Made by a program: the position numbers and the translations under genes
In this document: one piece after another, positions 43,343-52,754 of the stretch
Numbering within the stretch: the first letter of the stretch is position 1
Layout: each line of letters starts with the position of its first letter
Notes under the pieces: generated by a model
What the model was told of the DNA's origin: nothing
The model's database searches: none
The model's input: the letters and a program-made list of their open reading frames with translations, nothing else
Assembly: GCA_963843845.1 (NCBI GenBank)
Contig: CAWJMB010000002.1
Location: 1,920,001 to 1,984,000 of the forward strand
From: an uncultured Gemmatimonadaceae bacterium
GTDB taxonomy: Bacteria > Gemmatimonadota > Gemmatimonadetes > Gemmatimonadales > Gemmatimonadaceae
Reading direction: 5' to 3'
Length of the DNA stretch: 64,000 bases

Positions 43343-45823
43343 ATGCGAATCCCGTCTTTCAGGATTCCGGCCGCTGCTGTGGCCGGCGTCGTAGTGTCGG
43401 CTGTCGTGGCCCGAAGTGCGTGGGCGCAGCAGCCGACGCGTCCGGCCGGAAGCGATGCGGCCGGCATCTGCGCGCGCCCTGATTCCATCACCGTCCGCGG
43501 CGTGTCGCGCGTTGCCGAATCCGCAGCGCTCGGCGACGTCGGGTTGGCGCCGGGGACGGAGCTCAGCGCGCCGCAGTTGCAAGGGGCGATCCGGCGGTTG
43601 TACGCGACCGGGCAGTACGAGGACGTGCGCGTGACGTGCGAGCCGAGTGGGACGGCGGCGCGCATCGTGTTCACGGTGCGTGAGCGTCCGCTGCTGGCGG
43701 AAGTCACCGTCACGGGGCCGAAGCTGCTCTCGTCGGGCAGCGTGCGCGACAAGATCGAGTTGCTGGTCGGGCAGCCGGTCGATCCGGCGAAGGTCGCACG
43801 CGCCGTGGAGCGTGTGGACAGCGCGTATCAGGCGAAGGGCTATTACCTCGCGCGCATCAAGCCGGAGACGACGACGGTGGCGGAAGGGCGGGTGCGCCTC
43901 CAATTCCGCATCGACGAGGGGCGCCGGCTCGCAATCTCGGGGATTCGCGTGAACGGCAACCAGCGGCTCTCGGACGAAGAAGTCGTCGGCGCGATGACGA
44001 CCAAGCCCGAGGGCTTCTGGTGGTGGCGCAAGGGCGCGTTCGACGAGGAGAAGTTCGCGGGCGACCTGAGCGAGAAGATCCCCGCCCTCTACGCGCAGCG
44101 CGGCTTCATCGATTTCCAGGTGGTGAAGGACACGCTCATCGTCGACCGCGAACGGGGAAAAGCGTTCATCGATCTGACGGTGAGCGAGGGTCCGCAGTAC
44201 CGACTCGGCACGTTCGAGATCGTCGACAACCATCGGTTCAACACCGAGGAGCTGGCGCGGTACTACCCGTTCACCGGCGAGGGGCCGACCCTCACGCAAC
44301 GCGCCCTCGGCATCGTTCGCGGGAGCAAGACCGAGAAGGGTGTGTTCGACCAGTCGCAGTGGCAGAGCGCGACCGAGAAGGTGCAGGGGGTGTACGGCAA
44401 CCAGGGGTACATCTACGCCCGCGTCGAACCGGTCGTGCAGCGTGCGGTCAACAGCGATTCGCAGCCGGTCGTGAACCTGCGCTGGCAGATCGACGAGCGC
44501 ACGCCGGCCATCATCCGCCGCATCGACATCGCGGGAAACGACTACACGTCGGAGGAGTGCATCCGGCGGCAGATCGTCATCGCGCCCGGGGGGGTGTACA
44601 ACCGCGACGGCCTGCTGCGGAGTTGGCAGAGCATCGGGAACCTCGGATTCTTCGAGTCGCCGCTCCCGTTTCCGGAGCAGCAGACAGCGAATGACAACGG
44701 CGATCTCGACATCACGTTCCGCGTGAAGGAGAAGCGGACGGGCTCTGTGAATTTCGGCGCGTCCATGGGCGGGACGGGCGTCGGTGTCGGCGGCTTCATC
44801 GGGCTCGACCAGCCGAACCTGTTCGGACTCTGCAAGCGCGGCTCGCTTAACTGGAACTTCGGGCGGTTCGTCAACGACTTCAACCTGACGTACTCGGACC
44901 CGGCGGTGCGCAAGTCGCGTGTTTCGGGCTCGGTGTCGGCGTACCGCAGCCAGAGTCGGTACAACATTTCTGGCTTCGGCCAGAACACGCGCACGGGCAT
45001 CAACACGCGCGTCGGTCTGCCGGTGCCTGGGTTCTATTACTCGACGTTGGGCGTCAGCTACGGCGTCGAGGCGACGACCTTCCGCGACGTGCAGAGCGGC
45101 GTGTTCATCGGCCAGTGTACGGCGAACTGTCTACGATCGAGCCTCGGCGTCGACTTCACGCACGACACGCGGGTCGACATGCCGTTCGCGAGTGAAGGCG
45201 GTCTGCAGTCGATCCAGGCAGACTTCATCGGCGGGCCGTTGGGCGGCACGGTGTCGTACCAGCGGTACACCGGCGACTTCCGCGCGTACACGCCGATCTT
45301 CCAGTTCGGGGGCGGCCAACCCGGAGCGCAGGCCAAGAAGATCCTCATCGGACTCAGTGCCAAGGGCGGCGCGGTGTTCGGCGACCCCGGCCCGTTCTTC
45401 CAGTACCAGTCGTTCGCGCTCGGCGGCGTGCAGTTCGGGCAGCAGCTGCGCGGGTATCCCGAGTTCTCGATCACGCCGCGCGGCTTCGACCCGACGTCGG
45501 ACAACTTCAACGCGGGCTCGGGACGACAGGCGTTCGGCAACGCCTACTTCACGTTCACGGCCGAGGTCGGGCTGCGGCTCAACTCGCAGCTCTACATCGA
45601 CGCGTTCTACGACGCCGGCAACAATTTCGACCGGCCTCGCGAGTTCAACCCGACGCGTCTCTTTCGCGGCGCGGGGATCGGCGGCAACATCGTGACCCCG
45701 CTCGGACCGCTCGGCCTCGACTGGGCGTACGGCTTCGACCGCACGTCGTTCGATCCAATCACGGGTAAACTTCGCCCGGATCCGAAGTGGCAGCTCCACT
45801 TCAGACTTGGTCAGTTGTTCTGA
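43343..45823 (+). CDS. bamA: Outer membrane protein assembly factor BamA
   Basis: Signal peptide, POTRA repeats (LYATG, GYY, GFID, GYIYARV, LGFF), LRGY, TPLGPL and a C-terminal F. ATG at 43343. Confidence 0.95.
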   Translation: MRIPSFRIPAAAVAGVVVSAVVARSAWAQQPTRPAGSDAAGICARPDSITVRGVSRVAESAALGDVGLAPGTELSAPQLQGAIRRLYATGQYEDVRVTCEPSGTAARIVFTVRERPLLAEVTVTGPKLLSSGSVRDKIELLVGQPVDPAKVARAVERVDSAYQAKGYYLARIKPETTTVAEGRVRLQFRIDEGRRLAISGIRVNGNQRLSDEEVVGAMTTKPEGFWWWRKGAFDEEKFAGDLSEKIPALYAQRGFIDFQVVKDTLIVDRERGKAFIDLTVSEGPQYRLGTFEIVDNHRFNTEELARYYPFTGEGPTLTQRALGIVRGSKTEKGVFDQSQWQSATEKVQGVYGNQGYIYARVEPVVQRAVNSDSQPVVNLRWQIDERTPAIIRRIDIAGNDYTSEECIRRQIVIAPGGVYNRDGLLRSWQSIGNLGFFESPLPFPEQQTANDNGDLDITFRVKEKRTGSVNFGASMGGTGVGVGGFIGLDQPNLFGLCKRGSLNWNFGRFVNDFNLTYSDPAVRKSRVSGSVSAYRSQSRYNISGFGQNTRTGINTRVGLPVPGFYYSTLGVSYGVEATTFRDVQSGVFIGQCTANCLRSSLGVDFTHDTRVDMPFASEGGLQSIQADFIGGPLGGTVSYQRYTGDFRAYTPIFQFGGGQPGAQAKKILIGLSAKGGAVFGDPGPFFQYQSFALGGVQFGQQLRGYPEFSITPRGFDPTSDNFNAGSGRQAFGNAYFTFTAEVGLRLNSQLYIDAFYDAGNNFDRPREFNPTRLFRGAGIGGNIVTPLGPLGLDWAYGFDRTSFDPITGKLRPDPKWQLHFRLGQLF

Positions 45824-45875
45824 CGGGGTCGCTGACCGCTCCCACCTCTTCCCGTCCCGCAGGAGTTCTTTCGCA

Positions 45876-46517
45876 ATGCGTTTTCCCATTCGTGCGGCGC
45901 ACGCCGCGCTCGCGGCCGCGCTGGTCGTCGCGGCCCCGATCGCCGCGCGTGCGCAGGCGCCGAAGCTCGCATACGTTGACGTTTCGATACTGATGGAGCA
46001 GGTCCCCGGCCGCGCGGACGCGATGAAGCAGTTCGAGACGGAGGCGACCGCCATCCGCGCCGAGGAGCAGCGCATGAGCGACTCGCTCGAGGCGATGGTC
46101 GGCGCGTACCAGAAGGCGCAGGCGACGATGACGGCGGCGACGAAGGCCTCGCGGGAGAAGGAGCTCCAAGCCAGGCAGCAGGAGTATCAGCAGCGTGCGG
46201 CGGCGCTCGAACAGCGCGGCCAGGCGCGTCAGCAGGAGCTGTCGGGGCAGTTCGAGACGCTCGTGCGCGACGCGATCAACGACGTACGCACGGCCGACGG
46301 CTACGCCATGGTCTTCGCCGGCGGGCCGAGCTCGGCGATGCTCGCGGCGGACAAGTCGCTCGACATCACCGACAAGGTGCTCGCACGGATGCGGACGATC
46401 GCGGCGACGCGACCCGCCGCGTCGCCGACCCGGCCAGGCACGGTCGCGCCGTCGACGGGCGCCCCAGTGGCCGCTCCCTCTGGCGTGACGCGTCCGAAGG
46501 TGCCGAGCAATCCGTAG
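45876..46517 (+). CDS. skp: Periplasmic chaperone Skp/OmpH
   Basis: Signal peptide, KLAYVD, a coiled coil and DITDKVL. AGGAG SD. Confidence 0.9.
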   Translation: MRFPIRAAHAALAAALVVAAPIAARAQAPKLAYVDVSILMEQVPGRADAMKQFETEATAIRAEEQRMSDSLEAMVGAYQKAQATMTAATKASREKELQARQQEYQQRAAALEQRGQARQQELSGQFETLVRDAINDVRTADGYAMVFAGGPSSAMLAADKSLDITDKVLARMRTIAATRPAASPTRPGTVAPSTGAPVAAPSGVTRPKVPSNP

Positions 46518-46522
46518 GACGC

Positions 46523-47629
46523 GTGTCGGTCGGCGCGAGCGCGATGGCTGACGGCGCGCAGGCGAGTCGTGACGGCGGTGGGGGCTCGGCGGCCCTCACC
46601 GCCGCCGACGTTGCGAGCCTCGTGCGAGGCGAGATCGCGCGAGGTGATCCGGCGCGCGTCGCCGCACGGGTGGCCCCTCTCGATCGCGCGGCGTCGGACG
46701 AGGTCTCGTTCTACGCGAACGCGAAGTACGCCGAGGCGTTCGCAGCGACCCGCGCCGGGATCGTGCTCGTCGCGCCAGCGCTCGCGGACGCCGACGGTGC
46801 GAACGGCGCGACGCGCGTCGTCGTCGACAAGCCGCACGAAGCGCTGCTCGCGCTGCTCCCGGCGCTGTACCGTCCGCCCACCCACGTGCCCGGTGTACAC
46901 CCCACCGCGCACCTCGGCCGCGGCGTGCGACTCGGTGACGACGTCATGATCGGAGCGGGTGTGGTCATCGGCGACGGCGCGACGGTTGGCAGTCGGGTAC
47001 GGCTCGACGCGAATGTGGTCCTCGGCGAGGACGTCGTGATCGGGGACGACACGCGGGTGTTCGCGAACGCGACCCTCTACGCTGGCGTCCGGGTGGGCGC
47101 GCGGGTCGCCATCCACAGCGGCGCGCGGCTCGGCAGCGATGGATTCGGCTACGTGTTCGGCGAGGGGCGGCACCGCAAGATTCCGCACGTCGGCCGGTGC
47201 GTCGTCGAAGACGACGTCGAGATCGGCGCCAACACGACGATCGATCGCGGGAGCATCGATGATACGGTCATCGGTGCGGGGACGAAGATCGACAACCTCG
47301 TACACGTCGGACACAACGTTCGCATCGGCCGACTCTGCCTCGTCATGGCGCAGGTCGGCATCTCGGGCTCCGCCGTCGTCGAGGACGGCGCGATCCTGGC
47401 CGGCCAGGTGGGCGTCGGCGGGCACCTCACGATCGGGCGCGGAGCGCGGATCGGCGGGCAGGCGGGCGTGTTCGGAGACGTGCCAGCCGGGGCGACGTAC
47501 AGCGGGTACCCGGCGCGGCCGCACAAGGAGTCGTTGCGGGCGATCGCGGCGTCGCAGCGCATCGCGGGAATGATGTCGCGCCTGGAGCGCCTGCTGGCGC
47601 GGAGCGAGCGCGAGGACGCGACGTCGTGA
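46523..47629 (+). CDS. lpxD: UDP-3-O-acylglucosamine N-acyltransferase
   Basis: Hexapeptide repeats, DGFGY, EIGANTTIDRG and KIDNLVHVGHN. Start 46523 or 46543. Confidence 0.96.
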   Translation: MSVGASAMADGAQASRDGGGGSAALTAADVASLVRGEIARGDPARVAARVAPLDRAASDEVSFYANAKYAEAFAATRAGIVLVAPALADADGANGATRVVVDKPHEALLALLPALYRPPTHVPGVHPTAHLGRGVRLGDDVMIGAGVVIGDGATVGSRVRLDANVVLGEDVVIGDDTRVFANATLYAGVRVGARVAIHSGARLGSDGFGYVFGEGRHRKIPHVGRCVVEDDVEIGANTTIDRGSIDDTVIGAGTKIDNLVHVGHNVRIGRLCLVMAQVGISGSAVVEDGAILAGQVGVGGHLTIGRGARIGGQAGVFGDVPAGATYSGYPARPHKESLRAIAASQRIAGMMSRLERLLARSEREDATS

Positions 47630-49011
47630 GTTCGCCGAGGCGGCAGACGATCCTCCAGTCGGCGACGCTCTCCGGCGTGGGGCTGCACCTCGGCGAGGCG
47701 TGCGAGCTGACGTTCCGACCGGCCGAGCCAGGCCGGGGGATCGTCTTCCGGCGGACCGACCGCGACGGAGCGCCGGAAGTGCCAGCGAGTATCGACGTCG
47801 CGGTCGAGGCGGAGCGGCGCACGCAGCTGGGCGTCGGCGACGAGGCGCTGCACACCGTGGAGCACGTGCTCGCCGCCGTCGCCGGGCTCGGCGTCGATGA
47901 CGTCGTCATCGAGATGAACGCGGCCGAGCCGCCCATCCTGGACGGAAGCGCCGCACCATTCGTGGCCGCGCTGCGCGGCGCGGGCCTCGTCGAGCACGGC
48001 GCCGCCGCCGACCTCCTGGAATTGAGCGAACCGGTGCGTGTCATCGACGGCGAGAGCGTGTACGAGGCGTTTCCATCCGACCGGCTCGAACTCGAGGTCG
48101 CGATCGAGTTTCCGCACCCGTTGATCGGGCGGCAGCGCGCGCGCTACGTTGTCACGCCGACGACGTTCGAGCGCGAACTCGCGCGCGCGCGGACGTTCGG
48201 ATTCATGCGCGAGGTCGACACGCTGCGAGAGAAGGGCCTCATTCGCGGCGCGTCGCTCGACAACACCGTGGTGCTCGACGAGCGGTCGGTGCTCTCCGAC
48301 CCGCTACGCTGGCCCGACGAGTTCGTGCGGCACAAAGCGCTCGACTGCGTGGGCGATCTGGCGCTCGCCGGCCGGCGGGTGCGTGCGCGCATCGTCGCCT
48401 ACAAACCCAGTCACCGCGGCACCGTGACCCTCGTGCGCGAGCTCGTGCGCCGCGCGGTGCCGAACACCTTCGCTTCTCCGACTTCTCCAGCGCCGATTCG
48501 CATGTCCACCGTCGAGAGCCGTCCTGAATCGAGCACGACGACCGCGCCGACCCCTGCGGCCGCGCCGGGCGTCCGCACGATGCTCGGGATCGAGGAGATC
48601 ATGAAGGTGCTGCCGCACCGCTACCCGTTCCTGCTCGTCGACCGGATCGTCGAGCTCGATCCGCGGGCGCGCGTCGTCGGCATCAAGAACGTGACGATCA
48701 ACGAGCCGTTCTTCCAGGGGCATTTCCCGGGGCACCCGATCATGCCGGGTGTCCTCATCGTCGAGGCGATGGCGCAGACCGGGGGGATGCTGCTGCTCGG
48801 CTCGTTCCCCGATCCTGCGGCGAAGGTCGTGTATTTCATGTCGCTCGACAACGTGAAGTTCCGCAAGCCGGTGAAGCCGGGCGACCAACTGCGTTTCGAA
48901 CTCGACCTCACCCAGATCCGCGGCGCCGTCTGTCGCATGCACGGCGTCGCGAAAGTTGACGGCGAGATCGTGTGCGAGGCGGACATGGCGGCCATGGTCC
49001 GCGACCGATGA
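47626..49011 (+). CDS. lpxC: Fused LpxC deacetylase / FabZ dehydratase
   Basis: [29 protein letters not shown] and RHKALD, then [11 protein letters not shown] and [16 protein letters not shown] in the same ORF. Confidence 0.95.
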   Translation: MSSPRRQTILQSATLSGVGLHLGEACELTFRPAEPGRGIVFRRTDRDGAPEVPASIDVAVEAERRTQLGVGDEALHTVEHVLAAVAGLGVDDVVIEMNAAEPPILDGSAAPFVAALRGAGLVEHGAAADLLELSEPVRVIDGESVYEAFPSDRLELEVAIEFPHPLIGRQRARYVVTPTTFERELARARTFGFMREVDTLREKGLIRGASLDNTVVLDERSVLSDPLRWPDEFVRHKALDCVGDLALAGRRVRARIVAYKPSHRGTVTLVRELVRRAVPNTFASPTSPAPIRMSTVESRPESSTTTAPTPAAAPGVRTMLGIEEIMKVLPHRYPFLLVDRIVELDPRARVVGIKNVTINEPFFQGHFPGHPIMPGVLIVEAMAQTGGMLLLGSFPDPAAKVVYFMSLDNVKFRKPVKPGDQLRFELDLTQIRGAVCRMHGVAKVDGEIVCEADMAAMVRDR

Positions 49012-49823
49012 CTGCGGCGCCGGCGAGCCTCGAGGTCAGCGTGCGCATTCATCCGACGGCGATCGTCCATCCGGACACGGTGTTGGGCGACGGCGTCGTG
49101 ATCGGGGCGTACGCGATCGTCGGCGAGAATTGCACCGTCGGGGACGGGTGCGTGCTCGCGCCGCGCGCCGTGCTCGAGCGGAACGTGCGACTCGGGCGGC
49201 AGGTGAAAGTGGGGGTGGGGTCCGTGCTGGGCGGCGACCCACAGGACCTCAAGTTCCGCGGGGAAGAGACGTGGGTCGAGATCGGCGACCGCACCGTCGT
49301 CCGGGAGTACGCGACGATCAACCGGGGCACCACGCAGTCGTACAAGACGACGGTCGGAAGCGACTGCCTCGTCATGTCGTACGTGCACCTCGGCCACGAC
49401 TGCCACGTCGGCGACAGCGTGATCATCTCGAACGCGTCGCAGTTCGCTGGACACGTGATCGTCGAGGACCGTGCGATAGTGTCGGGGTTGTGCGCCTTTC
49501 ACCAGTTCGTGCGCGTCGGACGGTACGCATTCATCGGCGGCATGTCGCGCGTTGCGAAGGACGTCCCGCCATTCGTGAGGGCGAGCGGCAATCCGGTCAA
49601 GCTCTACGGGCTGAACAGCGTGGGCCTGCAGCGGGCGCAGTTCGACGCCGAGACGGTGGCGGCCGTGAAACGGGCGTACCGCGCGCTGTTTCGCTCCGAC
49701 CTCGGGTTGACGGCGGCACTCGAACAGGCGCGCGGCGACTTCAGCGACGCCGTGCCCGAGGTGCGGCAATTTCTCGACTTCGTCGAGGTGAGCGTCCGCG
49801 AGGGCCGCGGGGTCGGGTTCTGA
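49008..49823 (+). CDS. lpxA: Acyl-ACP--UDP-N-acetylglucosamine acyltransferase
   Basis: [37 protein letters not shown] and LNSVGL. ATGA coupling. Confidence 0.96.
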   Translation: MTAAPASLEVSVRIHPTAIVHPDTVLGDGVVIGAYAIVGENCTVGDGCVLAPRAVLERNVRLGRQVKVGVGSVLGGDPQDLKFRGEETWVEIGDRTVVREYATINRGTTQSYKTTVGSDCLVMSYVHLGHDCHVGDSVIISNASQFAGHVIVEDRAIVSGLCAFHQFVRVGRYAFIGGMSRVAKDVPPFVRASGNPVKLYGLNSVGLQRAQFDAETVAAVKRAYRALFRSDLGLTAALEQARGDFSDAVPEVRQFLDFVEVSVREGRGVGF

Positions 49824-50935
49824 GCGCGGACCGCTCGGGACCCGCGTCGCCGATCCGCGTCGGCGTCGTCGGCGCGGGGGGGCTGGGCATCCATCACGTG
49901 CGCATCCTCCGCGACATGCCGAACGTCTCGTTCGCGGGGTTCTACGAGCGTGACCCGGCGAGGCGTGCGTTCGTCGCCGCGGAACTCGGCGTGCGCGGAT
50001 GGGCGTCGTACGAGGCGCTCCTCGACGCAGCGGACGCGCTCACGATCGTCGTGCCCACACCGGCGCACTTCGACGTCGCGCGGATCGCGCTGGACCTCGG
50101 CAAGCACTTGCTGATCGAGAAACCGATCGCGACGACGCTCGCCGAGGCTGACGAGCTGTGCGTGCTGGCCGACCGCGCCGGCGTCGTCGTACAGACAGGT
50201 CACGTGGAGCGGTTCAACCGGGCCATACGGGCGGCGCTCCCGTTCGTCGACACGCCGCGCTTCATCGAGAGCGACCGGCTGGCGCCGTTCAGCCCGCGCG
50301 GCGCCGACGTCGCAGTCGTGCTCGATCTCATGATTCACGACATCGACCTGGTGCGCACGCTCGTCGGCGCGCACGTCGACGAGGTCCGCGCGGTCGGCGT
50401 TCCCCTGCTCACCCCGACGGTCGACATCGCGAACGCGCGGCTCGTCTTCTCCTCCGGCGCCGTGGCGAACATCACGGCGAGCCGCGTGTCGCGCGAGCGC
50501 GTGCGGAAGCTTCGCATCTTCCAGCAGAGTGGGTACCTCTCGCTCGATCTCGCGGCGGGGAACGGCGAGTTCTACCGTCTGCGACGCGACGTGGACATCG
50601 GCGCGCTCGCCGCGATGTACGCGGGTGCCGGTGCAGCGGCCGCAGGCGGGATGTCGAACGCCGCGGCGGCGGGCGCGTTCCCGCTCGATCTCGCGGCGTT
50701 CGTCGAGCGCATCCCGGTCGAAGCGCCCGAGGGCGAGCCGCTCCGTCTCGAGTTCGAGAGCTTCCTCGCAGCGATCCGTGGCGAGCAGCCGGTGGCCGTG
50801 AGCGCCGAGGACGGGCGCGACGCGCTGGACGTCGCGCTGCGGATCGTGCGCGAGATCGAACGGACGCTGCCGTCGTTGCGGGGGCACGAGACGCGCGTCT
50901 CGGCCGTGCCCGCGACGGGCCCCGCGACGTCCTGA
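49820..50935 (+). CDS. Gfo/Idh/MocA NAD-dependent oxidoreductase, GnnA-like (probable CTG start)
   Basis: [38 protein letters not shown] and ASRVS. Lies between lpxA and lpxB. Confidence 0.85.
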   Translation: MSADRSGPASPIRVGVVGAGGLGIHHVRILRDMPNVSFAGFYERDPARRAFVAAELGVRGWASYEALLDAADALTIVVPTPAHFDVARIALDLGKHLLIEKPIATTLAEADELCVLADRAGVVVQTGHVERFNRAIRAALPFVDTPRFIESDRLAPFSPRGADVAVVLDLMIHDIDLVRTLVGAHVDEVRAVGVPLLTPTVDIANARLVFSSGAVANITASRVSRERVRKLRIFQQSGYLSLDLAAGNGEFYRLRRDVDIGALAAMYAGAGAAAAGGMSNAAAAGAFPLDLAAFVERIPVEAPEGEPLRLEFESFLAAIRGEQPVAVSAEDGRDALDVALRIVREIERTLPSLRGHETRVSAVPATGPATS

Positions 50936-50952
50936 GCGTCGACCGGCGCCCG

Positions 50953-52062
50953 ATGCGCGAGGTGCTGTTCGTCGCCGGCGAGGCGTCCGGCGATCTCCAC
51001 GCGGCCGGCGTCGCGCGGGAGTTGAAGCGACTGCGGCCGGACGTGCGACTCACCGGCGTCGGTGGCCGGCACCTCGCGTCCGCAGGGGTCGAGCTGCTCG
51101 AGGACGTCGAGCGGATGGCCGTGATGGGATTCGTCGAGGTGCTCAAGCACGTGCCGGCGCACTACGCGCTCCTGCGAACGCTGCGCGCTCGGCTCCGCAG
51201 CGGGCATGTCGGGCTGCTCGTGCTCGTCGACTATCCCGGCTTCAACATGCGCGTCGCCGCCGAGGCCGAGCGCGCCGGAGTGCCGGTGCTCTACTTCATC
51301 ACGCCGCAGGTCTGGGCGTGGCGCAAGACCCGGCTGCGGACGATGGCGCGCGTCATCACGCGGGCCGCGGTCATCCTGCCCTTCGAGGAGAAGCTGCTTC
51401 GCGATCACGGAATCGACGCGACCTTCGTCGGCCATCCGATGCTCGATCGCGCGCAGCACCTGCCGGAGTGCCCCGAGGCGCGTGCCGCGTTAGGCATCTC
51501 GGCGGATGGGCCAGTGCTGGCGCTCTTTCCCGGGAGTCGGCGGCAGGAGATCGAGCGTCACCTGGACGTGTTCGTGGAGACGGCCCAGCGGCTGCAGGCC
51601 GAGGTGAGAGGGCTCGAGGTGGTGGTCAGCGTCGCGCCGACGGTCAGCATCGACCCCGCGCGCTGTCCATTCCGACTCGTCGACTCCGGCTCCCTCCTGC
51701 TGCTGCGCGCGTCGACCGCCGCGCTGTGCAAGAGCGGCACGACGACGCTCGAGGCCGCGGTGGCCGGGTGCCCGCTGATCGTCGCGTATCGCACGAGTCG
51801 GTGGACGTACGAGGTCGCGCGACGCGTCGTCGAGATTCCGCGCATCGGACTCGTGAATGTGGTCGCCGGCCGCGAGGTGGCGCGCGAGTTCGTGCAGGAC
51901 GCGGCGCGGCCGGATGCCATGGCCGCCGCGCTCGCGCCGCTGCTTCGCAACGCCGGCGATCGGCAGCGCATGCGCGAGCAGCTCGCCCGCGTGCGCTCGC
52001 TGTTGGGCAGGCCCGGCGCGGCCGAGCGGGTTGCGGCGATGGCCAGTGAGATGATCGTGTGA
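50953..52062 (+). CDS. lpxB: Lipid-A-disaccharide synthase
   Basis: AGEASGD, DYPGFN, PQVWAWR, FVGHP, PGSR and SGTTTLE. Confidence 0.96.
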   Translation: MREVLFVAGEASGDLHAAGVARELKRLRPDVRLTGVGGRHLASAGVELLEDVERMAVMGFVEVLKHVPAHYALLRTLRARLRSGHVGLLVLVDYPGFNMRVAAEAERAGVPVLYFITPQVWAWRKTRLRTMARVITRAAVILPFEEKLLRDHGIDATFVGHPMLDRAQHLPECPEARAALGISADGPVLALFPGSRRQEIERHLDVFVETAQRLQAEVRGLEVVVSVAPTVSIDPARCPFRLVDSGSLLLLRASTAALCKSGTTTLEAAVAGCPLIVAYRTSRWTYEVARRVVEIPRIGLVNVVAGREVAREFVQDAARPDAMAAALAPLLRNAGDRQRMREQLARVRSLLGRPGAAERVAAMASEMIV

Positions 52063-52754
52063 CCCCGGGCGCGGCAGGCGGCCGGACGCTCGATCGTGCG
52101 CGAGAGCGGGCGCGAGACCGCGCGGATCGCCGGCTCCGTCTCTGGGTCGCGCTCGGCGTGCCGCTCGTGCGGCTGCTCGCGAAGACGTGGCGGGTACGCG
52201 AGGTCGGGCGCGACGGGTGGAACCGGCGCCGCGCGCTTCACGAGCCGACGATCATCGCGCTGTGGCACGGGCAGTTGCTCGCCCTGACGCCGCATCACGC
52301 TGGTCAGCAGGTGTCGGTGCTCATCAGCGAGCACCGCGATGGCGAGATCGTCGCGCGCGTCGTGACGGCGTTCGGCTATCGCACGGTGCGCGGAAGCACG
52401 TCGCGCGGCGGCGGCAGGGCGTTGCTCGAGCTCGTGGCCCTGCTGCGCCGTGGGGGCGAGGTCGCCGTCACCCCGGACGGGCCGCGCGGGCCGCGCCACG
52501 CCTTCGCACCGGGCGTGCTCATCGCGGCGCAGCGCAGCGGCGTCCCGATCGTCGGCGTGGTCGCGCACGTCAGTCGCGCGTGGCGACTCGCGAGCTGGGA
52601 TCGATTCGAGATTCCGAAGCCGTTCGCGCGGATCACGATCGCGTACGGCGAGCCGATGACCGTGGATGCCGCGACGCCGCGTGAGGCATCAGCGCAGAGC
52701 CGCGCGTTCCAGGCGATGATGGCTCGGCTGGCCGAACGCGCCGCCGGTGCGTGA
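52059..52754 (+). CDS. DUF374 / lysophospholipid acyltransferase-family protein
   Basis: WHG, ISEHRDGE, VRGSTSRGG, TPDGPRGP and SWDRFEIPKPF. Confidence 0.88.
   Translation: MTPGAAGGRTLDRARERARDRADRRLRLWVALGVPLVRLLAKTWRVREVGRDGWNRRRALHEPTIIALWHGQLLALTPHHAGQQVSVLISEHRDGEIVARVVTAFGYRTVRGSTSRGGGRALLELVALLRRGGEVAVTPDGPRGPRHAFAPGVLIAAQRSGVPIVGVVAHVSRAWRLASWDRFEIPKPFARITIAYGEPMTVDAATPREASAQSRAFQAMMARLAERAAGA

Noticed and set aside
41242..43752. 836-aa antisense ORF opposite clpC, plus similar long antisense ORFs opposite infB, secD, lolE, gdhA and DUF512
   Set aside because: Shadow ORFs expected from high-GC codon bias. They have no recognisable motifs and lie over well-supported + strand genes.
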